Source of the DNA: Methanobacteriota archaeon
Lineage (GTDB): Archaea > Thermoplasmatota > Poseidoniia > Poseidoniales > Poseidoniaceae
Length of the DNA: 64,000 nucleotides
Assembly: GCA_002706065.1 (NCBI GenBank)
Contig: PAJM01000043.1
Coordinates: 1,415 to 65,414, forward strand
Direction of reading: 5' to 3'
Positions 47,769-56,415 of this stretch are shown one piece after another. A program made the translations under genes and the position numbers. Under the pieces are notes generated by a model. It was not told the DNA's origin. It saw nothing but the letters and a program-made list of their open reading frames with translations, and searched no databases. Position 1 is the first letter of the stretch. Every line of letters starts with the position of its first letter.

Positions 47769-50700
47769 TGTCATTCAATCGCAGCCAGCGTCTGGGCCTC
47801 AATCTGGACCAACACATCGCCTTAGACGCTGGAGCAGGTACAGGGAAAACAACGGTCATGGCTGAACGCTACGTTCAGCATCTCTTGTCTGCTGAGCAAC
47901 GTGCAACCTTCGTATTACCGCCCCCAATACGTCAGGAACCGTTCGGCTCAGGAAAGGTCTTAGCAGCAAAACGTGATCGCACTCCAATGAATGAGTGGAG
48001 GGGATTGTTACCTCAGGAAATCGTTGCGATAACGTTCACTCGAAAAGCCGCCTCAGAATTGAGGTCGCGTATTCGTCAGCGCATTCAGTCCTTGCGCGCA
48101 AACCCAGTACAAGACGATGATAGGATGGGGGTCCATGATCCACGACTTCGCCATCAAGGCGATGTATCGATGCTTATGTCTCTGCTAGAGGCTGCACCGA
48201 TTTCAACCATTGATGCTTTCCTATCTGAGATTTTAGCGCCACACATTGACTTGGTCGCAATCCATCTGAGCCGTGAACAATTACCAGAAGAAAAAGCCCC
48301 ACTCTTGCGAAGTCAAGCACTGAATGCAGCGTGGAGAATTCGGAATGCAAGCGATGCGATCGAAGCAGGCATGCTCGAATCTGCGGATGAATTTATTTGT
48401 GCTCGAAACCGTTTGGCTATCCGGCTTGGTGGACAGCAGAGTGCTCAAATCGTGCTGGAGGGTCTTCTTGAATCATCACTCTTTGTTGAAGAATCAAGAC
48501 GCCGCTTACGTTCTCGGTCCGTCAGAACAAATCTACCATGGGATGGAACCCAACCTCCAGACTACCGTCTAATTGAGGACATGATTTTGCAAGAATGCCG
48601 CCATCTTATCGATCCTGTTGTTGACGACGTCTCCACCATCCTCAACCAGTGGGTGGATGTCTTCCTTGAATATCACTCTATTTTTGTTGCCCCAGCCCAA
48701 ACAGGAACGACCAATACCCGATTCAATCAACTTGCATACTTGGCCAGAGAGCCTTTACCTGATGCCCCCATTGAACGTCTGCAATGGTTGTACCAAGTTG
48801 CATCTGCCGCTACATCATTTGCGCAACTTAAGGAAACAAAACCAACCATCTTGAGAGGGGGTAATTTTCCTCGAGCCAACACGCTTGCGGGCTGGCCTGC
48901 AGGTTTGATGACATGGTCCTCGGTTCTGAAAGGAAAAGGGAATCAAACACAGAAAGAGCAAATCATGTCAGCTGCTTCACAGTATGCTGGACAATTGCAG
49001 AATCGTCTCCACGATCCGAACGATGGACGACTCGTTCTCATGCTTGCAAAAGTAGCGTATTGCCTCAACCCGTTTCAACCATTTGTTCATAGAGATGCTA
49101 ACGAGCGATACGATTACTACCCTCTTGGTCTTCAACCAAGCCAAGATCCCCCTCTTGCAAATCTGAGGGTTTCGAGAGAACTCCAAGTCGAAGTTCTCAA
49201 CGATCTTTACACTGTTCATTCGGGCTGCCAGGATTTACTTCGCCACTTGAAGTCGCAAGAAGAGGCTCATGATTTTGATGATGTACAAGCAATGGTTGGA
49301 GATTTACTGCTCGCACGTTGCCCCGCTATCGTTCGACATTGGTACCCCCCAGAGGTAGTCCAAGCCCTCGATGATTTAGGAGATGAACCATGGTCAGATG
49401 AACACATCAGGCGGGCCCTAACGCTCATGCAAGGTGATGAAGAGAAGTACGTTGATTTGCAACGGAGGTATGCATTACTGAAACAGATTCGAGCACGTTA
49501 TCGCGCATTTATTATCGATGAATATCAGGATACGAATCCAGAACATGCTCGTCTTCTCTCGCGACTGTGGGGCCGACGAGAAGGAATTTCAGATGAGCAC
49601 CCCGCTCCCGTTGGTCCTTGGGATCCGACCATTTGCATCGTCGGGGATATGAAACAGAGCATATATCGATTCAGACAAGCCGAAGTTACGGTTATGCGCC
49701 GAATGGTAGCCGCTATACGAGTTGCAAATCGCGTTGAACAAAACGAATCGAGATTGGAATCATTTGTTCAGCAAGGATACGGGCGAGATCCTCGCCCAAT
49801 TGGCGCTGGCGGCGAATCAGGTTCGTTCATTCAAGCATCGGATTATTCTCGTGAGGAACAGTCTGCGCCTTGGGACTACGTTTCCTATGGGAGAGATGAT
49901 TCTGGATTGGCAATCGACGATACTGCTACGAGCGAACGCATGGAAGGGCACATTCAGTTACGAACCAACTTTCGAACAGCATCAGGATTACTGCGAACAC
50001 TCAACAACATCTTTGACGATGTATTTGATGACCGCCATCATCAGTTTCCAGGGGACTTTCACGCAATAGCGCAGCCGCTTGAGACAGGCCGAGATACCGA
50101 GCAAACTGGAGCCATCGAATGGCTGTTACCGACTCAGAATACAACTGGGGAACTTCCTCTCGATTTGACTCAAGGCTACAATCTATTCGATGCAAGAAAT
50201 ACGAATCTCCGCCACCTTGAGCACGAACTTATCGCCTCACGGTTGGATTCCCTTGTTCGAGGCGCAGCGACCCGAATTTGGTCTTCAACCGATGCTGCTT
50301 ATGTTGAAATTGAACCAGAGAAAACCATCTCTCCTGAAGATGTCATGATTTTAGTACACTCTCGAAAGCATATTCCCGACCTTATCGGGCGACTTCAAGC
50401 ACGTGGTTTGCCTGTGATGGCAGATAAGCAAGGGGAGTTGCTTAAGCAACCAGTCGTTCAACCATTGATGGCACTGCTGGAGTTGATTGCTCAACCCACA
50501 TCACGACATGCAGCTCATTCACTTCTCCGTTCCTCAATTGTTGGGGCTTCATCGATTCAAATTGAGGATGTTCTCGAAGCAAATGATGTTGAGAACTATT
50601 GGTCGCATATTGCAGGTTACTTTGATTCTGAACCGCAAGGACCATTCCTGGCTGCATGCTGTCGAATGGTTCAATTTGGTGGAATTTACGATGTGTTTGA

Positions 50701-52738
50701 TGCAGTACTCGATCACAGCGATTTATTGATTGCTTTCCCGGATGAATCTGAGCGACAAGTTGCAGAGATGTGGTGTGCATTGATTGAGAAAATTGGTTCG
50801 GAAACAGGCCATGAGCCTGCTGCTATTCTCGAACAAATGAAGGCATTTGCAACCCTTGGTACCAAGGGGCCTCAAGCAAGCTCTTCGCCAACAAGCGGTG
50901 CGATTCAAATCATGACTATCCACGGAGCGAAAGGGCTTCAAGCACCCGTTGTAATCGTTACAGGATTGTTTGAAGCTGGACGACATAGCTCAAGCATTGA
51001 AGCCCAGAACAACGTTTTAATCACTCCTGACGTTATTGCAGGAAGGATTCAACCATGGAAATCCAAAGAGAAGCCGAAGGACGCCCTTTGGATGTTGGCA
51101 GAACAGATGAACAAGGCCCAAAATCAGGCTGAATTGCGACGTCAATTTTACGTTGCGTTGACACGTGTAAAAGACCGATTGATCTTTGTAGGTTCTCCGA
51201 ATGTTGCATGCTCGATTGGAGAGAATTCAATGGTGGCCATGAAGGTGAATTTCAAAGGGAATAACATGGGAGATTTGATGCTTGATGGATTCCGTTACAT
51301 GGGGCATCACTCACAACATGAACAACCATGGACTTTGGAGGGAGATGTCCAAGGTGAGAATTTGAACGAGTACGGTGAACAGGAGCTAGAATTCAACCCA
51401 CTGGCTCTCTACCAGCAGAGTGGCTTCATGGATGGTTCCCTTCAGCAATTGCGAATGTATCACCATCCCAATTGCTTTACAACTCAAACACCGACATCTG
51501 TTTTGTCCAATTGGTCCGCCATCGAAGACCGACTATCAGAACCAATTGAAATCGTTGATTTTGAACAACAAGAAGTACGCCAATCACCTACACTCCGCAT
51601 GACTGCCCACGGATTGGATACTGCCAATTCGTGCCGTCGCCGCTACTGGCTTTCTCACATCAAGGGTTGGCAAAGTGAACCATTCAATATCGGTAGTAGT
51701 GCTCGGCAAATACCTACCGAGGATGAACTGAAAGATCGTTCGGGTGGTGAAGACATTGAATCTGTAAGCACAGGTTGGCCTTCAGCAACGTCATTCGGTT
51801 CGATGTTTCACAGACTTGTCGAGATTGGTTTAGCAAACCCAGCGAACGTGATATCCGAAGATTCTCATCTTGGCCCGGTTTGGCTCAATGCACAAAAGAA
51901 TCTTCTTCTTTCGGACAAAGAAATCGATGATGCAACACATTCTCAACCGGAATGGCACCGGCTTTCTGACGATGAGCAACGGCAAACTCGTGCTCGGATT
52001 GTAGAGCTCGCAGCCTTACTCACGAATGGTTCCTTGGGAAGGCTGGTCGAGGGTGAAACGATCAATGGATGCAAGGTCGAGGGATTACGTACCGAGGCTT
52101 CGTTCTTTTATGATCACAACGTGAGTACTGATGGACGTGTTCGAACACCTCTCACCCAACTCAATCAATCGCATGTGACTCTTATCGACGGTGTCAAGAT
52201 TCTTTTCGAAGGACAAGCAGACCTCGCTCTCGCGGGTGTTCGCGGCCAAGACACCTGGCTGCAAGTCGTCGATTTGAAAACATCTGGCGCTCGCGAGAAG
52301 GAATTGGAACAACACTCGCTTTACGAATCGCTAACAGAACCTCACTCGTTTGAACCGCAAAACGATGCTGAAGTTCAGATGTTGCGCAATCACAGATTGC
52401 AATTGACACTTTATTCCCTGGTTTTGCGTCGTCAAGAAGAACAAAAATCTGTTCACCAACAACGAGAGGTTCGCCCCCCTGCACTTCTCATTGCAAGCAC
52501 TGGGCGTTTTGTTCAAATGCCACAAAAGATGTACGAAGACGCTGAAAAAGAACTGCTTAACCTTCTGGATTGGGTAGCAATTTTGGCTGCAGATCCGAAC
52601 GGTGCCGATGAACCAAAACGCCTTCCGTTGGAATCTGTTGATACCTGTAAGAAATGCCCATTCTTCAAAGGTGATGTGAGAATGTGTGCTCCACAAGGGA
52701 TGGACTTAGGAATCACTTCTGCCCTTTCTTCCCAATGA
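47765..52738 (+). CDS. addA: AddA/RecB-like UvrD-family helicase with C-terminal PD-(D/E)XK nuclease and 4-Cys cluster
   Basis: 1657 aa. Helicase motifs: LDAGAGTGKTTV (I), ITFTRKAASELRSRI (Ia), FIIDEYQDTNPEH (II), IVGDMKQSIYRFRQAEV (III), LRTNFRTASGLL (IV), MTIHGAKGLQAPVVIV (V), FYVALTRVKDRLIFVG (VI). Nuclease: ANSCRRRYWLSH, GQADLAL...VVDLKTSG, LQLTLYSL, CKKCPFFKGDVRMC. The start overlaps the addB-like stop (GTGATG). Confidence 0.85.
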   Translation: MMSFNRSQRLGLNLDQHIALDAGAGTGKTTVMAERYVQHLLSAEQRATFVLPPPIRQEPFGSGKVLAAKRDRTPMNEWRGLLPQEIVAITFTRKAASELRSRIRQRIQSLRANPVQDDDRMGVHDPRLRHQGDVSMLMSLLEAAPISTIDAFLSEILAPHIDLVAIHLSREQLPEEKAPLLRSQALNAAWRIRNASDAIEAGMLESADEFICARNRLAIRLGGQQSAQIVLEGLLESSLFVEESRRRLRSRSVRTNLPWDGTQPPDYRLIEDMILQECRHLIDPVVDDVSTILNQWVDVFLEYHSIFVAPAQTGTTNTRFNQLAYLAREPLPDAPIERLQWLYQVASAATSFAQLKETKPTILRGGNFPRANTLAGWPAGLMTWSSVLKGKGNQTQKEQIMSAASQYAGQLQNRLHDPNDGRLVLMLAKVAYCLNPFQPFVHRDANERYDYYPLGLQPSQDPPLANLRVSRELQVEVLNDLYTVHSGCQDLLRHLKSQEEAHDFDDVQAMVGDLLLARCPAIVRHWYPPEVVQALDDLGDEPWSDEHIRRALTLMQGDEEKYVDLQRRYALLKQIRARYRAFIIDEYQDTNPEHARLLSRLWGRREGISDEHPAPVGPWDPTICIVGDMKQSIYRFRQAEVTVMRRMVAAIRVANRVEQNESRLESFVQQGYGRDPRPIGAGGESGSFIQASDYSREEQSAPWDYVSYGRDDSGLAIDDTATSERMEGHIQLRTNFRTASGLLRTLNNIFDDVFDDRHHQFPGDFHAIAQPLETGRDTEQTGAIEWLLPTQNTTGELPLDLTQGYNLFDARNTNLRHLEHELIASRLDSLVRGAATRIWSSTDAAYVEIEPEKTISPEDVMILVHSRKHIPDLIGRLQARGLPVMADKQGELLKQPVVQPLMALLELIAQPTSRHAAHSLLRSSIVGASSIQIEDVLEANDVENYWSHIAGYFDSEPQGPFLAACCRMVQFGGIYDVFDAVLDHSDLLIAFPDESERQVAEMWCALIEKIGSETGHEPAAILEQMKAFATLGTKGPQASSSPTSGAIQIMTIHGAKGLQAPVVIVTGLFEAGRHSSSIEAQNNVLITPDVIAGRIQPWKSKEKPKDALWMLAEQMNKAQNQAELRRQFYVALTRVKDRLIFVGSPNVACSIGENSMVAMKVNFKGNNMGDLMLDGFRYMGHHSQHEQPWTLEGDVQGENLNEYGEQELEFNPLALYQQSGFMDGSLQQLRMYHHPNCFTTQTPTSVLSNWSAIEDRLSEPIEIVDFEQQEVRQSPTLRMTAHGLDTANSCRRRYWLSHIKGWQSEPFNIGSSARQIPTEDELKDRSGGEDIESVSTGWPSATSFGSMFHRLVEIGLANPANVISEDSHLGPVWLNAQKNLLLSDKEIDDATHSQPEWHRLSDDEQRQTRARIVELAALLTNGSLGRLVEGETINGCKVEGLRTEASFFYDHNVSTDGRVRTPLTQLNQSHVTLIDGVKILFEGQADLALAGVRGQDTWLQVVDLKTSGAREKELEQHSLYESLTEPHSFEPQNDAEVQMLRNHRLQLTLYSLVLRRQEEQKSVHQQREVRPPALLIASTGRFVQMPQKMYEDAEKELLNLLDWVAILAADPNGADEPKRLPLESVDTCKKCPFFKGDVRMCAPQGMDLGITSALSSQ

Positions 52739-53399
52739 TGGCCAAGGTTCCAGGCTTTCCAGACGATTGATTGGCTCGCCACGCATGAACCTCTTCAAAA
52801 CCAACATCGTTCCACATTTTAATCCATTCATGCTCCGAAAACGTGGACATGTGTACATCAAGCGCAGCTGGCCAGTCGAGGCTTTCTTCGTGTTCTGCAT
52901 AGTGATCGATGCCGATGACGGCCCACCCCTCGTCAGCAAGCCAATCATCGTGAATGGTTTGCAACATTTGCTTTGGGTCGTGCAAATAGTAGATGAATTC
53001 CATTGAATGGATAAGATTGTATTGTTGTGGAGGTTGTGTTTGAGGGAACATCGCAAGATGGTACCCGTTCTCAGAGTCGACTGCTTTTGCTTTCTCAATC
53101 ATGTGTGCTGCTCCATCAAAACCATCCGCTTGATGGCATTGTTCATGTTGAGCAGCGAGCCGAACGACCCATCCATTTCCACAACCCAAATCAGCAAAGG
53201 AAAAGCCATCCATCTGTGAAAGGACGCGTTCGAGTGCATGATGCATCATCTCCCGAACTGCTGGACCATGACCACGCTCCATACCCTCATCTTTTCCTCG
53301 ATGTGCCCAGTCGTTGAAGACCTCCGTTGCTTGCTTCATGTACGTGCGAGTGCATACGTCGAAAAAAGGCATCGAAAGCAACATCATCTTCGTCCGCAT
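52713..53399 (-). CDS. Class I SAM-dependent methyltransferase
   Basis: Motif I FADLGCGNGWVV. The upstream WAHRGKDEGMERGH segment is typical of small methyltransferases. ATG 53399 was chosen because the longer ORF (to 53552) would overlap pip. Confidence 0.7.
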   Translation of the reverse strand: MRTKMMLLSMPFFDVCTRTYMKQATEVFNDWAHRGKDEGMERGHGPAVREMMHHALERVLSQMDGFSFADLGCGNGWVVRLAAQHEQCHQADGFDGAAHMIEKAKAVDSENGYHLAMFPQTQPPQQYNLIHSMEFIYYLHDPKQMLQTIHDDWLADEGWAVIGIDHYAEHEESLDWPAALDVHMSTFSEHEWIKMWNDVGFEEVHAWRANQSSGKPGTLAIIGKKGQK

Positions 53400-53409
53400 G
53401 GCATAATGT

Positions 53410-54372
53410 ATGGGAAAAAACTCAGCATCACTCGATGAAGTCTTGTATCCAAAGATAGAGCCGTACGCAACAGGAATGCTCTCGGTCTCAGAACGACACA
53501 CCATCGCTTGGGAATGCGCAGGGAATCCTGACGGAATACCAGTCATTGTCATTCACGGAGGACCAGGTGGGGGAAGCCAACCATCTTATCGGCAATACTT
53601 CGATCCAACGAAATGGAACATCATCCAATTTGATCAGCGAGGCTGCGGTAAATCAACTCCCTATGCAGATCTTGAAGAGAACACAACGATGCATCTCGTG
53701 TCTGATATCGAAGCACTGCGTATTCATTTTGACATTGAAACCTGGCATGTCTTTGGCGGATCTTGGGGTTCAACCCTCTCCCTCATCTACGGAATTTCCC
53801 ATCCAGAACGCGTTCGTTCGTTCATTCTTCGCGGAATTTTCATGTGTCGGACATCTGAGTTGCATTGGTTCTACCAAGATGGAGCGAGCCATGTGTTTCC
53901 TGATGCGTTTGAGCCATACCAACAACACATTCCTGCTGATGAACAATCATCCCTTATCCCTGCATATTACAGCCGACTGACAAGCGATGATGTGCACGTT
54001 CGTCGAAATGCTGCCAAGGAGTGGACGCGCTGGGAGATGGCGACAAGTCGCCTCTTCCCCGATCCAGAGTACCTTGACAAAGCCGAGGATCTTGATTTTG
54101 CAGTAGCCTTTGCACGGATTGAATGCCATTATTTCATCAATGGAATCTTTGTTGAAGAAGGATATATTCTCAAGAACACAAAACAAATTGAACACATTCC
54201 AGCAGTGATTGTCCAAGGACGATATGACATGGTTTGCCCAGCAAAAAGCGCATGGGAATTGCATAAACAATTGCCGAATTCTGAGTTACATATGATTCCA
54301 GATGCTGGACATTCAATGGGTGAGACCCCTATCGCTAAGGCATTGGTTGATGCAACGGATTCGATACAATAA
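53410..54372 (+). CDS. pip: Proline iminopeptidase
   Basis: LYPKIEPYATGML, GNPDGIPVIVIHGGPGGG, FDQRGCGKSTP, GGSWGSTLSL (nucleophile), IVQGRYDMVCP, PDAGHS. Confidence 0.92.
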   Translation: MGKNSASLDEVLYPKIEPYATGMLSVSERHTIAWECAGNPDGIPVIVIHGGPGGGSQPSYRQYFDPTKWNIIQFDQRGCGKSTPYADLEENTTMHLVSDIEALRIHFDIETWHVFGGSWGSTLSLIYGISHPERVRSFILRGIFMCRTSELHWFYQDGASHVFPDAFEPYQQHIPADEQSSLIPAYYSRLTSDDVHVRRNAAKEWTRWEMATSRLFPDPEYLDKAEDLDFAVAFARIECHYFINGIFVEEGYILKNTKQIEHIPAVIVQGRYDMVCPAKSAWELHKQLPNSELHMIPDAGHSMGETPIAKALVDATDSIQ

Positions 54373-54434
54373 CTCAAACTCTTGGAAGAACAAACGCAAA
54401 TGAGTCAATAAGGAAGTGGACCCGTGCCACTCCC

Positions 54435-56306
54435 ATGCGCAATGCTTTCTGGCTAGCCAAGTCCACCCGAATCCAGGCTGTTCTTTGCCTCTCCCTCATG
54501 ATTCTCGTCCCAATGCATTCAATTGCTCAAGAAAGTGCAACTTCTTCTCTTGATTGCAATGAGGAGGTCGTCAATCAGGCCGAATCAATCCAGTGTGATC
54601 TTGATTTGAGCGAATACGTCGGAACCTCGACCATTCGATTCGAGCTTGTACCTGCTGATGCAAGTAGAGATGCAGACCAATCATCTGTTTTAGCAACTGG
54701 AAGCGCCCACAGTTGTGGCATTCTTGAGAATGGCTCAGCGATGTGCTGGGGATTGGACAATTACGGTCAACTGGGAGATGGCGGCGATGCAATTAATCGA
54801 AACAAACCGATTTCGTTCGTTTCGATTTCAGATGGTGAAACTATCAAGCAAATCTATGCAAAACAGAGCAGGACATGCATCATCCTTGACGACGATTCGG
54901 CCAGTTGCTGGGGCTTTAATGAAGACGGACAAAGCGGTGATGATTCGACAAATACCTACAAGTCTCCTAGCACCAAGGTTCAATTTCCAGGCAGTAAAGG
55001 TGTTCAATCATTGGGAATGGGACTCAAGCACACGTGCGCGATTATGGTTGATGATTCCCTCATGTGCTGGGGTCTTGACTCCCATGGGGCACTCGGAAAC
55101 GGCGATTCGGACTCAACCGACAAGTACACTCCACAACAAGTCGTAACACCCGCAGATCGAACCGTGGAGAAAGTCGCTCCAGGTGCAACACACACCTGCA
55201 TTCTGATGGATGATGGAGGCGTGATGTGTTGGGGCAGAGACAACGTTGGCCAACTCGGAAACGGTGGAACTGGTGATACCAGTCATGCTCCATCAACGAA
55301 TGTCGAACTACCCGAAGGGCGTGCTGCAATCGATATATCTGTTGGAGATCACCATTCCTGCGCTCTGCTGGACAATGGCTCAATCACTTGCTGGGGACAA
55401 AACAATCACGGCCAGATTGGGGATAATACCACTACCAATGCTCTTGTCCCCGTCTATGCCCAACTTCCGGTTGGTTCACCAGCAGCCTCAGTTGCGGCGG
55501 GTCCGTTCAGTACCTGCGCCATACTCGAGAACGGCAGCGCGTATTGCTGGGGGCACAACAACTACGGACGCCTCGGAATTGGTGTTTTTGGCGGTATTTA
55601 TCACACTCCAATGTTCCTTGAAGACGGGACTGACTTCGTCAAAATAAGCGCCAACTACGACCACACGTGTGGGTTGTCTGAAAATGGCTCGATATCGTGT
55701 TGGGGCCGTGGTAAATACGGCCAACTCGGAATCGGTCAAGGAGGTGACAGGAACTTCCCCCACCTGCTCGATTACAACAGTGCTCCGTTTGCTTCAATCA
55801 CAGGGCCGGCTCCAGTGGGTCTTTGGGAGGACCAATCTGGACTTCATGGGCGTGTCCTAACAGGCGAGAATGATGTCTGGAAAATAGGACTTGAGATTCC
55901 GGAAACGGCTGACATTTCATCGTATGATTTACGCATTACCCTGCTCAAAATTGGCGGCATACGTGAAGAGATAGTTTTGGAAAACACTCTTGAAATCCTT
56001 GAAAAAGACACGGACAACGACGGAGTTGTCGATTCAATGGATGCCTTCCCGAGTGATCCACTTGAGACCATTGATACAGACGGAGATGGTGTCGGAGACA
56101 ACGCTGACGCCTACCCAAGTGACAGTACACGCTCCAGCGAAGAAAGCGATATTTTCGGTTCAAGCACCTATCTGTTCATCGCTGGAATACTGCTGGCTGT
56201 TCTCGTAACACTCTTGTTGACACGTACCAAGAAGTATGAGCATGAAGAAGATGCTCCCAAACCGAGTAGATTCAGGTTCCCGAGAGGCCCTAAGCAGAAG
56301 TTCTAG
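54435..56306 (+). CDS. Secreted seven-bladed RCC1-repeat protein with thrombospondin-type-3 repeats and C-terminal TM anchor
   Basis: Signal peptide AVLCLSLMILVPMHSIAQ. Seven blades (next feature). DTDNDGVVDSMDAFPSDPLETIDTDGDGVGDNADAYPSD at 56007-56123. TM YLFIAGILLAVLVTLLL + TRTKK. Confidence 0.88.
   Translation: MRNAFWLAKSTRIQAVLCLSLMILVPMHSIAQESATSSLDCNEEVVNQAESIQCDLDLSEYVGTSTIRFELVPADASRDADQSSVLATGSAHSCGILENGSAMCWGLDNYGQLGDGGDAINRNKPISFVSISDGETIKQIYAKQSRTCIILDDDSASCWGFNEDGQSGDDSTNTYKSPSTKVQFPGSKGVQSLGMGLKHTCAIMVDDSLMCWGLDSHGALGNGDSDSTDKYTPQQVVTPADRTVEKVAPGATHTCILMDDGGVMCWGRDNVGQLGNGGTGDTSHAPSTNVELPEGRAAIDISVGDHHSCALLDNGSITCWGQNNHGQIGDNTTTNALVPVYAQLPVGSPAASVAAGPFSTCAILENGSAYCWGHNNYGRLGIGVFGGIYHTPMFLEDGTDFVKISANYDHTCGLSENGSISCWGRGKYGQLGIGQGGDRNFPHLLDYNSAPFASITGPAPVGLWEDQSGLHGRVLTGENDVWKIGLEIPETADISSYDLRITLLKIGGIREEIVLENTLEILEKDTDNDGVVDSMDAFPSDPLETIDTDGDGVGDNADAYPSDSTRSSEESDIFGSSTYLFIAGILLAVLVTLLLTRTKKYEHEEDAPKPSRFRFPRGPKQKF
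54687..55769 (+). repeat. Seven RCC1-type blade repeats (protein level)
   Basis: SAHSCGILENGSAMCWGLDNYGQLG, SRTCIILDDDSASCWGFNEDGQSG, KHTCAIMVDDSLMCWGLDSHGALG, THTCILMDDGGVMCWGRDNVGQLG, HHSCALLDNGSITCWGQNNHGQIG, FSTCAILENGSAYCWGHNNYGRLG, DHTCGLSENGSISCWGRGKYGQLG. Confidence 0.9.
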
Positions 56307-56415
56307 CGCTTCACAACACCCTGTGTTAGATGCGGATTATTTCCTTCAAACAAGCGTCGGCTTCATAGGGTAAAGGCGACTGGGTTGAAATGGAGGCATT
56401 CCTCCGGGTGAAAAT

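Noticed and set aside
52713-53552. Full 279-aa methyltransferase ORF as given by the ORF track
   Set aside because: The first 51 codons would overlap the well-supported pip gene on the opposite strand and add a non-conserved-looking extension. I preferred the internal ATG at 53399.
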